Positions 1 through 11,376 of a DNA stretch of 64,000 nucleotides are shown here, piece after piece. The notes below the pieces were generated by a model. The model was not told where the DNA came from. It saw only the letters and a list, made by a program, of their open reading frames with translations, and did not search any database. The position numbers and the translations under genes are program-made. The DNA is taken from assembly GCA_943787795.1 (NCBI GenBank), contig CALSNU010000006.1, forward strand, positions 480,001 to 544,000. Direction: 5' to 3'. The DNA is from an uncultured bacterium. Lineage in GTDB: Bacteria > Planctomycetota > UBA1135 > GCA-002686595. Numbering within the stretch: the stretch's first letter is position 1; every line of letters begins with the position of its first letter.

Positions 1-147
1 CGCGACAGCGCACAGGACGATCAACGCCAGGGTCCGGAGCGACGGCGGACCGCCCGCCGCCAACCATGCGCCCATGAGCGCGAAGGGCAGCGCGAAGACC
101 GAGTGGCTGAACTTGACCAGCGACAGGGTGGCGGCGACCCGACTCAC
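1..147 (-). CDS. ubiA: UbiA-like polyprenyltransferase (MqnP/UbiA family), 5' part only; runs off the window edge
   Basis: Manual translation from GTG 147: MSRVAATLSLVKFSHSVFALPFALMGAWLAA..., matching the KFxHxxFALPFA N-terminal signature. Start overlaps the ubiX stop (GTGA). Confidence 0.85.
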   Translation of the reverse strand, partial: MSRVAATLSLVKFSHSVFALPFALMGAWLAAGGPPSLRTLALIVLCAVA

Positions 148-857
148 TGGGCCGCCCCGCCGGATGGTCCTCTGGCCCCCTCGCTCTCCGGGGGCGACGT
201 CCCCGGATCGCCCGAGGGCTCCTCGAGCCCGCCCCAGCGGGCACCCACGTCCTGGACGACGCCCAGGCGATCGAGGGCCTTCCCGACCACGTGCGCCACG
301 AGGTCATCGATGCTCTTCGGGAGGTGATAGAAGCCCGGCATACACGGGAGCACGATCCCGCCGAGCCGCACGGCGCGCAGCATGTTCTCCAGATGGATCT
401 CGGAGAGCGGCGTCTCACGGGGCATCAGCAGCAGCCGCCGGCCCTCCTTCAGCGCCACGTCCGCGGCTCGCTCCACGAGGTTCGAGCTGAAGCCCGCGGT
501 CACTCGGGCCAGCGTTCCCATGCTGCAGGGGGCGATGATCACGCCGCCGGTGAGCGACGTCCCGGAGGCCGCGGGGGCCTCGATCGCGTCGCTCGTGAAC
601 ACGCGGACCCGGGCCTCCCATCCGGCAGGAAGCCCCGCCCCTCCGAGCCAACCCGGCAGCGCCTCGAGCAGCCGCTCGCCCCGGACGCCCGCCTCCACGC
701 CCAGCTCGTGCCGCAAGACCTTGCAGCCCGCCTCCGTGATCGAGAGGTCAACCTCGCAACCAGCACGGAGGAGCTCGATCACGAGCCGCTCCGCATACGC
801 GTGACCGCTCCCGCCCGTGAGCCCGACGAAGTACCTGAGGGGTCGATCTGCAGTCAT
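144..857 (-). CDS. ubiX: Flavin prenyltransferase UbiX
   Basis: GLTGGSG, IAPCSMGTLA, NLVERAADVALKEGRRLLLMPRETPL and PGFYHLP motifs. Confidence 0.95.
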   Translation of the reverse strand: MTADRPLRYFVGLTGGSGHAYAERLVIELLRAGCEVDLSITEAGCKVLRHELGVEAGVRGERLLEALPGWLGGAGLPAGWEARVRVFTSDAIEAPAASGTSLTGGVIIAPCSMGTLARVTAGFSSNLVERAADVALKEGRRLLLMPRETPLSEIHLENMLRAVRLGGIVLPCMPGFYHLPKSIDDLVAHVVGKALDRLGVVQDVGARWGGLEEPSGDPGTSPPESEGARGPSGGAAQ

Positions 858-1702
858 GGCGAACTGGGGAGGGCGCCGACCAGCAGCGCGAGGTTGAAGA
901 ATGCGTGGGACCAGGCCGCGACGCCGAGGCCCCTCCAGAGGAAGAGGGCCGCCAGGAGGATGCCCGCGGTGGCCCGCCAGGTGAAGACCGCTGCATCGTA
1001 GGCCTCGCCACCCGGGCCGAGCCAGCCCGTGAAGGCCTCCAGGTGGAAACCTGCGAAGAGCAGGGCGGACCCCACCGACGCCACCGTCACCGCCCCCAGC
1101 CTCGCCGCGCCGGGGGCCGCGCCGAGCCAGGTGAAGAACTGCCGGCTCAGGAGCCAGAGGACGGAGAGCGCGCCGAGGCGAAAGACGATCTCCTCATAGG
1201 CGGCTCCGCCCATGACAAAGCCGGCGCGGGCCGCCGTCGGGCCCGAGGCGCTCCCGACGCTCAGCGTCATGGTCCCGACGTAGGGAGAGGCCACCTCCGC
1301 GGCCGCGAAGAGCACTGGCCCGAGCACCAGCGACCCGAGCGCCCCCTCGATGAGTGTCCTCGCAAAGCGCGGCGCGAGCGCTGCTCCCTGCTCACGGCGA
1401 ACCTGTAGCTGGAACGACACCAGCGCAGCGACCGCCAGCACACCAACGATCACCCGGCGAGCATCCACCACATCGGCGGCCCCCAGTCGCTGGAACGGAG
1501 AGAAGAGAATGGCCTCGGCCACCGCCCGCGGGTGCCCCGGTTCACCAGGGCCCGCAAACTCGTAGGCGATGAACAGGGGGAGCATCGCCAGAAACCCAAA
1601 GGAGACGCCCCGCGCCGGGCCGTCCACCCGCAACGAGAGCACCTTGGCCTGGGACACCGGCTCGTCCTCGAACTCCTCGTCGTCCTCCTCGTAAGTGGCC
1701 AT
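854..1702 (-). CDS. CPBP (CAAX/Abi) family intramembrane metalloprotease
   Basis: Likely start MATYEEDD at 1702. Multi-TM protein with YEEIVFR, FAGFH and HAFFN motifs. The longer 854..2266 ORF is a read-through overlapping ubiE. Confidence 0.85.
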   Translation of the reverse strand: MATYEEDDEEFEDEPVSQAKVLSLRVDGPARGVSFGFLAMLPLFIAYEFAGPGEPGHPRAVAEAILFSPFQRLGAADVVDARRVIVGVLAVAALVSFQLQVRREQGAALAPRFARTLIEGALGSLVLGPVLFAAAEVASPYVGTMTLSVGSASGPTAARAGFVMGGAAYEEIVFRLGALSVLWLLSRQFFTWLGAAPGAARLGAVTVASVGSALLFAGFHLEAFTGWLGPGGEAYDAAVFTWRATAGILLAALFLWRGLGVAAWSHAFFNLALLVGALPSSP

Positions 1703-1709
1703 ACTCCGC

Positions 1710-2486
1710 TCAGCCTCGCGCGTCCGGCATCTGGGTTTGCGGGGGGACGACACCGTGGTGAATGCAGGCGATCCCGCGCCAGAGCCGCTCAAAGCCGCAG
1801 TCCACCAGCCCGTCGGCCTCCATCTCTTCCTGCAGCTGCTCCGGACCCGGCCAGCCCTGCACCGTGTCGTCCAGGTAGTTGTAGGCCGCCCGATCCCCGG
1901 AGAGCGCCCCGCCAATTCGCGGCAGGACATGCTCGAGGTAGGCGCGATAGATTCGGCCGAAGGCGTCCTTGCGAGGCATGCTGAACTCGAGCACGAGCAC
2001 CCGTCCCCCAGGACGGACCACCCGCGCCATCTCGCGGAGGCAGCGGCGCCGGTCCGCGACATTGCGGAGCCCGAAGGCGATCGTCGCGGCGTCTGCCACC
2101 GACCCTCCGATCGGGAGATCAAGGCCGTCCCCCTGGAGCCAGGCCACCGCTCCCCCCCTCTCGCGATCCTTGGAGGGCGCGATCGCCACCATCTCGTAGG
2201 TGAAGTCCACCCCCACCACCTGGGCTCCGGCCTTCGCAAAGAGCAGCGCGAGGTCTCCGGTGCCACACGCCACGTCCACCACCGTGGCCCCCGGCCCAGG
2301 AGAGCCCGCAGCGGCCATCACCTTGCGCCGCCAACTGCGGTCCACGCCCCCCGAGAGCACCCGGTTCGCGAGGTCGTATCGCCCGGCGATCCCGGCGAAC
2401 ATCGAACGGACTGCGGCGGGATCCGGCAAGGAAGGGTCGGGGAGGAAGAGGGAACGAAGCGGGCGCGGCCCAGTCGGCACAGACAC
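1710..2486 (-). CDS. ubiE: Ubiquinone/menaquinone C-methyltransferase UbiE/MenG
   Basis: MFAGIAGRYDLANRVLSGG, DVACGTGDL SAM motif, IAFGLRNV, VLEFS, AYNYL. Exact start uncertain. Confidence 0.93.
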   Translation of the reverse strand: MSVPTGPRPLRSLFLPDPSLPDPAAVRSMFAGIAGRYDLANRVLSGGVDRSWRRKVMAAAGSPGPGATVVDVACGTGDLALLFAKAGAQVVGVDFTYEMVAIAPSKDRERGGAVAWLQGDGLDLPIGGSVADAATIAFGLRNVADRRRCLREMARVVRPGGRVLVLEFSMPRKDAFGRIYRAYLEHVLPRIGGALSGDRAAYNYLDDTVQGWPGPEQLQEEMEADGLVDCGFERLWRGIACIHHGVVPPQTQMPDARG

Positions 2487-2488
2487 CC

Positions 2489-2530
2489 AAAAATGAGGGC
2501 TGCGCCCGCGATTCGCTCGCGGACGCAGCC
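2489..2530 (-). terminator. Probable intrinsic terminator downstream of the 1073-aa gene
   Basis: Hairpin GGCTGCGCCCGCGA-ttcgc-TCGCGGACGCAGCC; A5 at 2489-2493 gives a U-tract on the minus strand. Confidence 0.6.
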
Positions 2531-2602
2531 GGGATTCTCAGGCCCCGGAGGAACCGGGTGGATGCCTACGAAAGGGACGGACGGGCGCGGAGCCCCGGTC
2601 CA

Positions 2603-5600
2603 TCACTGTCGCCAGTAGTCCGCGAGGAGCGTCACCTGCGGGACCGGCACCGACTGGATGCCGGGCAGGTAGGGGTTGGTGTCGAATCGCGGAGTACCCG
2701 TCGCGCCGAGGGCGAGGACGTCGATCACGCCGCTGCCACCGATGGGGTTCGGGACCGAAGCGAACAGGAAACGAGGCTCCGAGGTGTTCAGACCGCCACC
2801 GCCGATGAGTCGGTAGGACGACTTGCTGTTGGCCGGAATCGGCGAGCCAGCGCTGAACGTGTTGGACGGGCCCGGGACACCGCCGAGGTTGCGCTGGTTA
2901 TCGAAGGCGATGTCCAGAGGGATGCCCGAGAGTTGGCCCAGGGCCTGACTCAGGGACAGCGGCACACCGTATTGGAGGTCGCGGAAGTTCGCGTTACCGA
3001 CGCCGATCTGCGTCAGGGGGATCTGGCCGGCGATCGCGCTCTCAATCCGGAGGCGAGAGATCGCGCCGATGCCGAGGTTGCCGGGGTTACCGGTGGTCAC
3101 GTCGATCGGGCCCTCGTGGACCACGTAGACCGATCCATCGAGGTTGATCGGGTCGATCTGGATCTGCTTGGGCGCCTGGAAATCGAAGGGAAGAATGCCG
3201 ACGACGTCGTCGAAGCCCCAGCCGTTCACGCCGTTCGGACCGGACTCGAAGAGCGCGACGGTACCGGAGCGGTTGAGGGCGTAGGCAAAGTACACGCCTC
3301 GCTGGAAGGAGAAGCCGAGCATCCGCGGGGTGATGCAGACCTCGAACGGGCGGTTCAACTGCGAGTTGATGGTCCGTCGCACGTCGAGCGACGACGCGGC
3401 GATGATCGACATCGTGTTGCTGAGCTCGTTGGTCACGAGGATGTCCTCGTTGGTGGGCTCGAAGGCAATACCGCGGGGCGAGTTGCCCACCTGGATCGTC
3501 CGGATCACCTGGTGGAACTGCGCCGACTGCGGATTGATATCCACGAAGGTCACCGTGTCCGCCAGCTGGTTGCTGATCGCCAGCAGGTCGATGTTCGGCC
3601 CCATGGCCATGGACGTGGGGTCAGGGACCGCGATGCGGTCGATGACCGTCATCCGGTTCGAGTTGAACACGACGATCTCGCTGCGCGGACGGTCTGCCAC
3701 ATAGAGGAAGTGACCGATCTGCTGACGCATCTGGTACTGCGTGCAGTTCTGCGATTGGGTCTGCCCGAAGCTCGGCCCGAGGAAGAACAGGTTCTGCTCG
3801 AGGGTCAGCAGGCCCGAGGGCGGCGTGTTCGTCGCCGGGATCGGGAACGGGTTGCCCGAGACCAGCAGGTTGTTCGTCAGGGTGTCGATGGACGTCGGCT
3901 CGTTGCCACCGATGAAGGGCGACACGCACTGGGGCGGGAAGGCGAGCGTCGGAGGGTTGGGGTGCGGCGCCCACGAGATGATGTTCTCGTAGCCAGGGCT
4001 GATGCCGCCGAACTGGTTGACCTGCGCCGGAGCGAGGGTGTTGGGTTGGTTGCCCTGGACCGACGCGATGACCTTGAGACCATCGAGCGCGCAGACGTTG
4101 CCGCCGCCGGCCTGGCAGCCGAAGGGCGGGGGCGCGTTGCGGAGCGTGCCGTCGAGCGCGTGGCCGATGTGAATGTCCGTCACCGTGCTGATCAGCGGCG
4201 CGCGAACGATGAGGTCCTCCAGGCTGCTGTCCTTGACGAGCGTGAAGACGCCAGCGGAGCCACCGTTCACCGTGCAATCGCCCGGGTTCAGAAGCGGACG
4301 GATCGTCGGGTTCTGCGTGACGTTCTGGTCGTAGGGGAACCGAGACTCACCCTCGAGCGGGTAAGGCTGCGAGGACACCGGGTTGCCCGTCGACTGACCG
4401 AAGCCATTGAGGTCGAGCACCGAGATTCCGGGAGAAGCACCGCTCCGCGCGACGTAGATCGTGTCCGGGGCGACGGGGGCGTTCACGAGGCCGGGACCTT
4501 CGCCCGTCTCGAAGAAGCTCGTCGTCCCGAGGGAGTTCACGTTGGGCTGGAAGCCGCCGACGCCGTTCGGCGTCTGGGCGAAGTCCTCAATCTGATCGGT
4601 CGCCAGGTTGATGTCCACCCGCGAGAAGGTGCCGCAGGTCTGGAACTCCGGACCCTGCCCGGGGAACGAGAAGCCGGGGAAGATCTGATACGTGGACAGA
4701 TCGAACGGGCTCACCGGAAGCGCGGTGAAGGGCATCACCGTGATCGACGTCGGCGGACCGAACGTGACCTGGAAGGCTGAGGAGAGCGAGGGCGGGTTCA
4801 CACCAGCGATCTCGCCCACCGAGTAGGGCTGAACCGGCTCGGTAAAGCTCACGCGGATCGCCGTCTGGGGGTCCACATCGACCTCCCCATTGGTGGGTGT
4901 GATCAGCGGTGCCGACGTGGGCGGCGGCTCGGTGATCACCTCCGGAGACAGCGTGTCGCTGCCCACCGTGGACGAGGCGAGGACGGGATCCGACAGGGTG
5001 CGGCCGTTCGTGGCAAGGAGCGCCTTGCTGGCCGAGAAGCGGATCTGGACGTTCGCGGGGAACGTGTTGAAGCTGTTGAGGTCGTTGTCGTCGTCCGCCA
5101 CAAACACGATGGTCTTGTCCGACACAAGATCAGCGGCGTTGGGAACGAAGGAGTTCACACCGGGGAAGCCGTTCGCCTCCGGGACGAGTGCGAGGAGGAA
5201 GCCAGGGTTGGCCGGGTCTTCCTCGACCCAGGGCACGAGGTTGAGCTGCGGCGGGTTACCGGTCGCCGGCCCCACCAGCGTCTTGCCCCCGATGAACACC
5301 CGACCGCTGGCCGGCAGGGAGGCGCCGCTGAACGGGTTCAGTGTCGTCACACCCACAGCGCCCGAAAGGGTCGGGCTCGACGGGCTCGGATTCACCACCG
5401 ACTCCGGGTCGATCACCTGGGTGAAGTTGGCGTAGATGTAGTGGTTCCCCGGCTCACCGTTGGGGAGCGTTGCCGTCGGCTCGAAGAACGGCGTCGGCAA
5501 GATCGGGTTGCTCCGCGTCACGTTATCGACGATGTCTTCCATCGTGCGGATCGCGATGATCTGACCCGTCGGAGCACCCGTCGAATCCAGCTGCGGGACG

Positions 5601-5824
5601 CGGTGTGGCAGCAGCGGTCCGAAGCCGTTGCCGACCTCGTTCAGGCGCAGCAGTGCGCCAGAGCCGGAGACACCGTCCTGGGACGCCTTCCCGCCGCCGC
5701 ACCCTGCGACCAGGGCGGTGATGGCGAGTCCCGTGGCGAGCGTGCGAGCGATGGGCCGAGAATCGGCCGCGCCAGCGGATTTGACTTCTTCGTGCATGAA
5801 GAGCATCGGGGGGGTTGTTGCCAC
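2603..5824 (-). CDS. Large surface lipoprotein with Ig-like (Big_5-type) domain(s) and a YVTN-like beta-propeller
   Basis: Lipobox LVAGC. ITPTNGEVDVDPQTAIRVSFTEPV is Ig-like; IQVGNSPRGIAF..LVTNELSNTMSII is a YVTN-type repeat. P/G/N/T/S-rich. Confidence 0.8.
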   Translation of the reverse strand: MATTPPMLFMHEEVKSAGAADSRPIARTLATGLAITALVAGCGGGKASQDGVSGSGALLRLNEVGNGFGPLLPHRVPQLDSTGAPTGQIIAIRTMEDIVDNVTRSNPILPTPFFEPTATLPNGEPGNHYIYANFTQVIDPESVVNPSPSSPTLSGAVGVTTLNPFSGASLPASGRVFIGGKTLVGPATGNPPQLNLVPWVEEDPANPGFLLALVPEANGFPGVNSFVPNAADLVSDKTIVFVADDDNDLNSFNTFPANVQIRFSASKALLATNGRTLSDPVLASSTVGSDTLSPEVITEPPPTSAPLITPTNGEVDVDPQTAIRVSFTEPVQPYSVGEIAGVNPPSLSSAFQVTFGPPTSITVMPFTALPVSPFDLSTYQIFPGFSFPGQGPEFQTCGTFSRVDINLATDQIEDFAQTPNGVGGFQPNVNSLGTTSFFETGEGPGLVNAPVAPDTIYVARSGASPGISVLDLNGFGQSTGNPVSSQPYPLEGESRFPYDQNVTQNPTIRPLLNPGDCTVNGGSAGVFTLVKDSSLEDLIVRAPLISTVTDIHIGHALDGTLRNAPPPFGCQAGGGNVCALDGLKVIASVQGNQPNTLAPAQVNQFGGISPGYENIISWAPHPNPPTLAFPPQCVSPFIGGNEPTSIDTLTNNLLVSGNPFPIPATNTPPSGLLTLEQNLFFLGPSFGQTQSQNCTQYQMRQQIGHFLYVADRPRSEIVVFNSNRMTVIDRIAVPDPTSMAMGPNIDLLAISNQLADTVTFVDINPQSAQFHQVIRTIQVGNSPRGIAFEPTNEDILVTNELSNTMSIIAASSLDVRRTINSQLNRPFEVCITPRMLGFSFQRGVYFAYALNRSGTVALFESGPNGVNGWGFDDVVGILPFDFQAPKQIQIDPINLDGSVYVVHEGPIDVTTGNPGNLGIGAISRLRIESAIAGQIPLTQIGVGNANFRDLQYGVPLSLSQALGQLSGIPLDIAFDNQRNLGGVPGPSNTFSAGSPIPANSKSSYRLIGGGGLNTSEPRFLFASVPNPIGGSGVIDVLALGATGTPRFDTNPYLPGIQSVPVPQVTLLADYWRQ

Positions 5825-5943
5825 CGGGTGAGAGCCCGGTGACGTACGGCCTCGAGGGCCGAACAGTCGGAGTGGAGGACCGCTCCCGGTGGCGCCGAGA
5901 GCGCCGAGGAAACGGTTGGAATCTGGGGGTGCGCGAGAGGGAG

Positions 5944-5959
5944 TCCAACTCCCGTGCCA
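5944..5959 (-). promoter_or_regulatory. Sigma54 (RpoN) -24/-12-like promoter
   Basis: Minus strand TGGCACG-GGAG-TTGGA versus consensus TGGCACG-N4-TTGCW (1 mismatch), ~120 bp upstream of the 1073-aa gene. Confidence 0.55.
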
Positions 5960-6863
5960 GCTAACCCATGAGCGGTGCGCCCAAGGGGTCGGCTCGCAAG
6001 CGCAACGGACTGATCAACATCAGCTTCACCCTGCGGTTACGAACGACACGCGCGATTTGAAAAGAGCCCTCTAGCCGCCCCCATCGTGGGAAGGGACGGC
6101 CGTGCAGTGTGCGGAATCGTTGCACTCGAACGCCCCAAGAGGCCCTCGGATGGTCTGGAGCGCACACTTGGCGGCACGCCCAGACCGGCGATTCCCGATG
6201 TAGTTTGGGAATGCAAATGGGTGGTGTCAAGGCAGGCTCTCCGTCTGCCCCAAAGCCGTGGAGAGGCTCTTTTCGGGCACCCAGGCCCGGCTTTTGCCCG
6301 GATCGCACGATTGGGCCTCTCAGCCCGGCTCCCTGGCCGAAGGGGCCGTTCGGTCCACCGAGGCCGTCGCGGAGTCCGCCGCCGGGGCAATCGCCGCGGG
6401 GCCAAGCCGGGAGGGGGCAGGCCGGTGGCCCAGGGAGCGAGCCCAGGGAGCGAGCCCAGCGGGCAGGACCGGGGAGCTGACCTGGGCGAAGGAGCCAGGG
6501 AGGACCGACCCAATGCAGAGGCCCGTCCCGCAGGCCCAGCGAGGCGCCCCGAAGCACGACGACCTCCGACAAGGAGCTGCGGGAGCGCCACGCTGCAGGA
6601 ATGCTCCGCTGTGCGAGAGGCGGCGGCGGAGGCGCCTCCAGCAAGGCAGCCCACCGCATGTTCTTCCGTCGGGTCCCCCGGAAGGGTCGCCACGGGTGCT
6701 CGGCGGGGTGCCCCCGGGCGAGGCGCCGCGGGATCCACCCGCCAATGCCACCGTCGAGTGACCTGCCTCCTTCGCTTGCGGCGCGCGACGCGCTATCCTC
6801 GGGGCCATGAACGGCGGGGGATTGAATCAGGAGGGCGGGCCGTCGCAGCAAGGCAGCCATGCA

Positions 6864-7960
6864 ATGCCCCCGACGCCCAAGCCTGATCAGCCAGGCGCAT
6901 CCGGCGATCACGTTTTCAACCCCTCGGCGCTTGAGGACCTGGGCACGCCCGGCTCCAGGGGAGGCTCGGCGCCGGAGCGCATCACCGAGGTCGGGCTCCG
7001 CCCGGTGGCGCTGGCGGAGTTTGTGGGCCAGGGCGGGGTCGTCGAGAACCTCAGGGTCCACCTCGACGCCGCCATGGAGAGGGAAGAACCGCCGGATCAC
7101 GTCCTGTTCAGCGGCCCTCCCGGGCTCGGCAAGACGAGCCTCGCGAGGATCATGGCCGGCGAGCTGGGCACCAGCCTCCAGCCCACCTCCGGGCCAGCCC
7201 TCGACAAGCCTCGGGACCTGGTCGGCCTGCTGACCAGCTTGAAGCGCGGCGACGTCCTCTTCATCGACGAGATCCACCGCCTCCCCATCGCCGTCGAGGA
7301 GTACCTCTACACCGCGATGGAGGACTTCCGGGTGGAGATGACCCTGGACAGCGGCCCTCACGCCCGGATCCTCCCGATCGAGCTGGAGCCCTTCACACTC
7401 GTGGGCGCGACCACCAGGGAGGGACTCCTGTCCGCCCCCTTCCGCGCTCGCTTCGGGCTGTCCCTGCGACTGGACCCCTACCCGGCGCTGGAGCTCGAGC
7501 AGATCGTCCGGCGCGCCGCGGGCATCCTCAAGGTGCGGATCGACGACGAGGCCGCGGCCATCCTCGCGGCTCGTAGCCGCGGCACCCCGCGCATCGCCGG
7601 CCGCTTCCTCAAGCGCGTGAGAGACCGTGCTCAGGTCGACGGTAACCGCGCGATCGATGCGGACCTCGCCGAGGCGACCCTGCGAAGCATCGGGGTGGAC
7701 GGACACGGGCTCGAGGAGATGGACCGAAGGATCCTCCGATGCCTCGCGGATCACGCCCCGCAGCCCGCCGCGCTCAAGACCATCGCCGCGGTGATCGGCG
7801 AGATGGAGGACACCATCGAGGATGTCTTCGAGCCACACCTCCTGCGCTCTGGGTTTCTCCGCAAGACGCCACGTGGGCGGGTGATCACGGAGCAGGGACT
7901 GCAGCTGATTGGCGCCGAGCCCCCCATGGCACCGGAGCAGGGCGGCTTGCCCTTCAGCAC

Positions 7961-7964
<4 letters not shown>
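6864..7964 (+). CDS. ruvB: Holliday junction branch-migration helicase RuvB
   Basis: GPPGLGKT Walker A, LFIDEIHRL, PFTLVGATTR, SRGTPRIA, TPRGR. Start could be upstream at 6807. Confidence 0.97.
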
Positions 7965-9408
<1,444 letters not shown>

Positions 9409-9412
<4 letters not shown>

Positions 9413-10641
9413 CCTCTCCCTCCGACGCCGCTGCCCCCTCGGGCGAGCTGCCGTCCTCAAGCCAGGCGGGCTTCGCCTTCCAGGTCGAGGCCGCTGCCCC
9501 CGGAGATCCCGAGGCCAAACGAGCCCGCGTGGGGCGCTTCTCCACGCCGCACGGCGACGTTCAGACGCCGGCCTTCATGCCCGTGGGGACCCGCGGGACC
9601 ATCAAGGGCGTGCTCCCCCGCGACATCGGCGAGGTGGGATCGACCATGATCCTCGCCAATACCCTTCACCTGCATCTGCGCCCCGGCGAGGAGGCGGTGG
9701 CGGCCCTCGGCGGCCTCCATCGCTTCATGTCCTGGGACGGCCCGATCCTCACCGACTCCGGCGGGTACCAGGTGTTCAGCATGGCGGACATCTCCACCCT
9801 CGACGATGACGGCGTCACGTTCAAGTCCATCGTGGACGGGGACCGGATCCGCCTCACCCCCGAGCGCGCCATCCAGATCCAGCAGCGGCTCGGCCCGGAC
9901 GTCTACATGGCCTTCGATCATTGCCCGGCCGACCCGGGGGATCGCGCCGGGGTGACCGAGGCCACGGACCGCACCCACCGCTGGCTGGAGCGCTGCGTGG
10001 AGGTCTACCGCCAGGCCGGCGGCGTGGAGGGATCCGGTCAGGCGCTCTTCGGCATCGTTCAGGGTGGAGCGTTCGAGGATCTCCGGCGAGCCAGCGTCGA
10101 GGCGGTCGCGAGCCACGACCTCGTGGGCAACGCCATTGGCGGCGTCAGCGTCGGAGAGGACAGAGAGGCCATGCGTGTCGCGGTGGAGGCGGCCGCCCCG
10201 GCGCTGCCCGCTGACCGCCCGCGCTACCTCATGGGCGTCGGCACCCCGCGCGACTTCTTCGATGCCATCGCCGCGGGCATCGACCTGTTCGACTGCGTGA
10301 CCCCGACGCGCCACGGCCGAACCCATCAGGTCTGGACGAGCCGCGGCCGCGTCAACCTTCGCAACGCCGGCTGGAAGACCGTCGACGCGCCCCTGGACCC
10401 GATCTTCCGCGCTCCCCACGTGGCCGACGTCCCCGTGGGCGTCCTGCGCCACCTCTGCCTCTCCAACGAGATGCTCGGCGCCACCTACCTGTCGCTCCAC
10501 AACCTCCACCTGTTCCACGAGCTGATGCGGCTCATCCGCGAAGCCATCCCGAAGGGCGAGCTCTCCGCCCTGCGCGACCACTGGGTCCCGCGCCTCGAGC
10601 GAAGGCTCACCCCGGACGAATTCCTCGCCGGCGACTTCTGA
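9409..10641 (+). CDS. tgt: tRNA-guanine transglycosylase Tgt
   Basis: TPAFMPVGT, LTDSGGYQVFS, GIVQGG, PRYLMGVG, DLFDCVTPTR. ATGA overlap with spoIID. Confidence 0.95.
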
Positions 10642-10800
10642 TCCGCGCGGCCTCGCGCCGCAGCTCCCCGCCTGGGCGTTGATCGATCCCTGCCCCCGGC
10701 ACCGGATGCCCGCCCGAGAGAAGCTCGATCGAAACGGGCTAGGTCGGCAGCAGCCAGGTCGCGAGGCGCTCCGTGTGAGAGGCCCGGTTGCCAACGGCTC

Positions 10801-11054
10801 CGTCTCCCAGCGGCCGGGGCCCATCGGCCGGGCTCCCAGCGGTCGGGCTCCCAAGCGACGGCTCACACAGCGGCCATATACACAGCGGCCGTTCACACAG
10901 CGGCCAGTCCCACAGGATCCAGTCCCAAAGGATCCAGTCCCCTGGGGCCCGGTCCCTCCGCGGTCCGGCACCTCTGCGGTTCGACACTCCAAGGGTCCGG
11001 CCCCCCTGCCGTTTGGCACCCTTTCCGTCTGGCACCCCTGCCGTCTGGCGCCCC
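10801..11054. repeat. Degenerate intergenic tandem arrays (~15-bp units, then 16-bp units)
   Basis: gctcacacagcggcc / atatacacagcggcc / gttcacacagcggcc / agtcccacaggatcc / agtcccaaaggatcc / agtcccctggggccc (10861-10950); tgccgtctggcacccc-like x3 (~11006-11054). Confidence 0.85.
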
Positions 11055-11150
11055 AACAGCACGGCGGACCCACCGCTGGGCCATGTCGCATCAGGGGCTG
11101 GTTGTGCGCGCAGCCCCCATCCGGAACTGGAGACCTCGCCCGCCGCAGGC

Positions 11151-11324
11151 TCAGCGCCCCTTGTAGTCCGGGCAGGTGCGTGCGTTGGGGCGCTCCGGCC
11201 GCCGGCACGCGTCGCCGTAGTCCCACTTGCAGCGATCGCAAAGGTAGCCGCCGCCGCCGCCCCCACCGAGGCGCGAGAAGAGCGCCCGGAAGGGCGCGAG
11301 GAGCATGCGGAGCAGCGAGCCCAT
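11151..11324 (-). CDS. 57-aa Cys4 microprotein (not in the ORF track)
   Basis: Manual translation MGSLLRMLLAPFRALFSRLGGGGGGYLCDRCKWDYGDACRRPERPNARTCPDYKGR*. GC-rich third positions; lies ~50 bp downstream of the co-oriented 11377 gene. Confidence 0.75.
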   Translation of the reverse strand: MGSLLRMLLAPFRALFSRLGGGGGGGYLCDRCKWDYGDACRRPERPNARTCPDYKGR

Positions 11325-11376
11325 CGGAGCGATTAGCGCCAGGCGCTGACCTGCGAAGGTCGACGCCTGGCTCGGA

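Noticed and set aside
854..2266. 470-aa CPBP ORF as listed in the track
   Set aside because: The first ~190 aa overlap ubiE out of frame; the start at 1702 is more plausible.
2558..4780. 740-aa plus-strand ORF and similar long antisense ORFs (20668..22500, 55174..58059, 47962..49605, 61699..63531)
   Set aside because: They are shadows of well-supported genes on the opposite strand, expected at this GC content, and carry no motifs.
5961..6800. ORFs or a structured ncRNA/riboswitch in the ~1-kb intergenic region
   Set aside because: The ORFs are R/P/G-rich and motif-free, and I could not match any riboswitch or RNA family by eye. An Rfam/Infernal scan would be needed.
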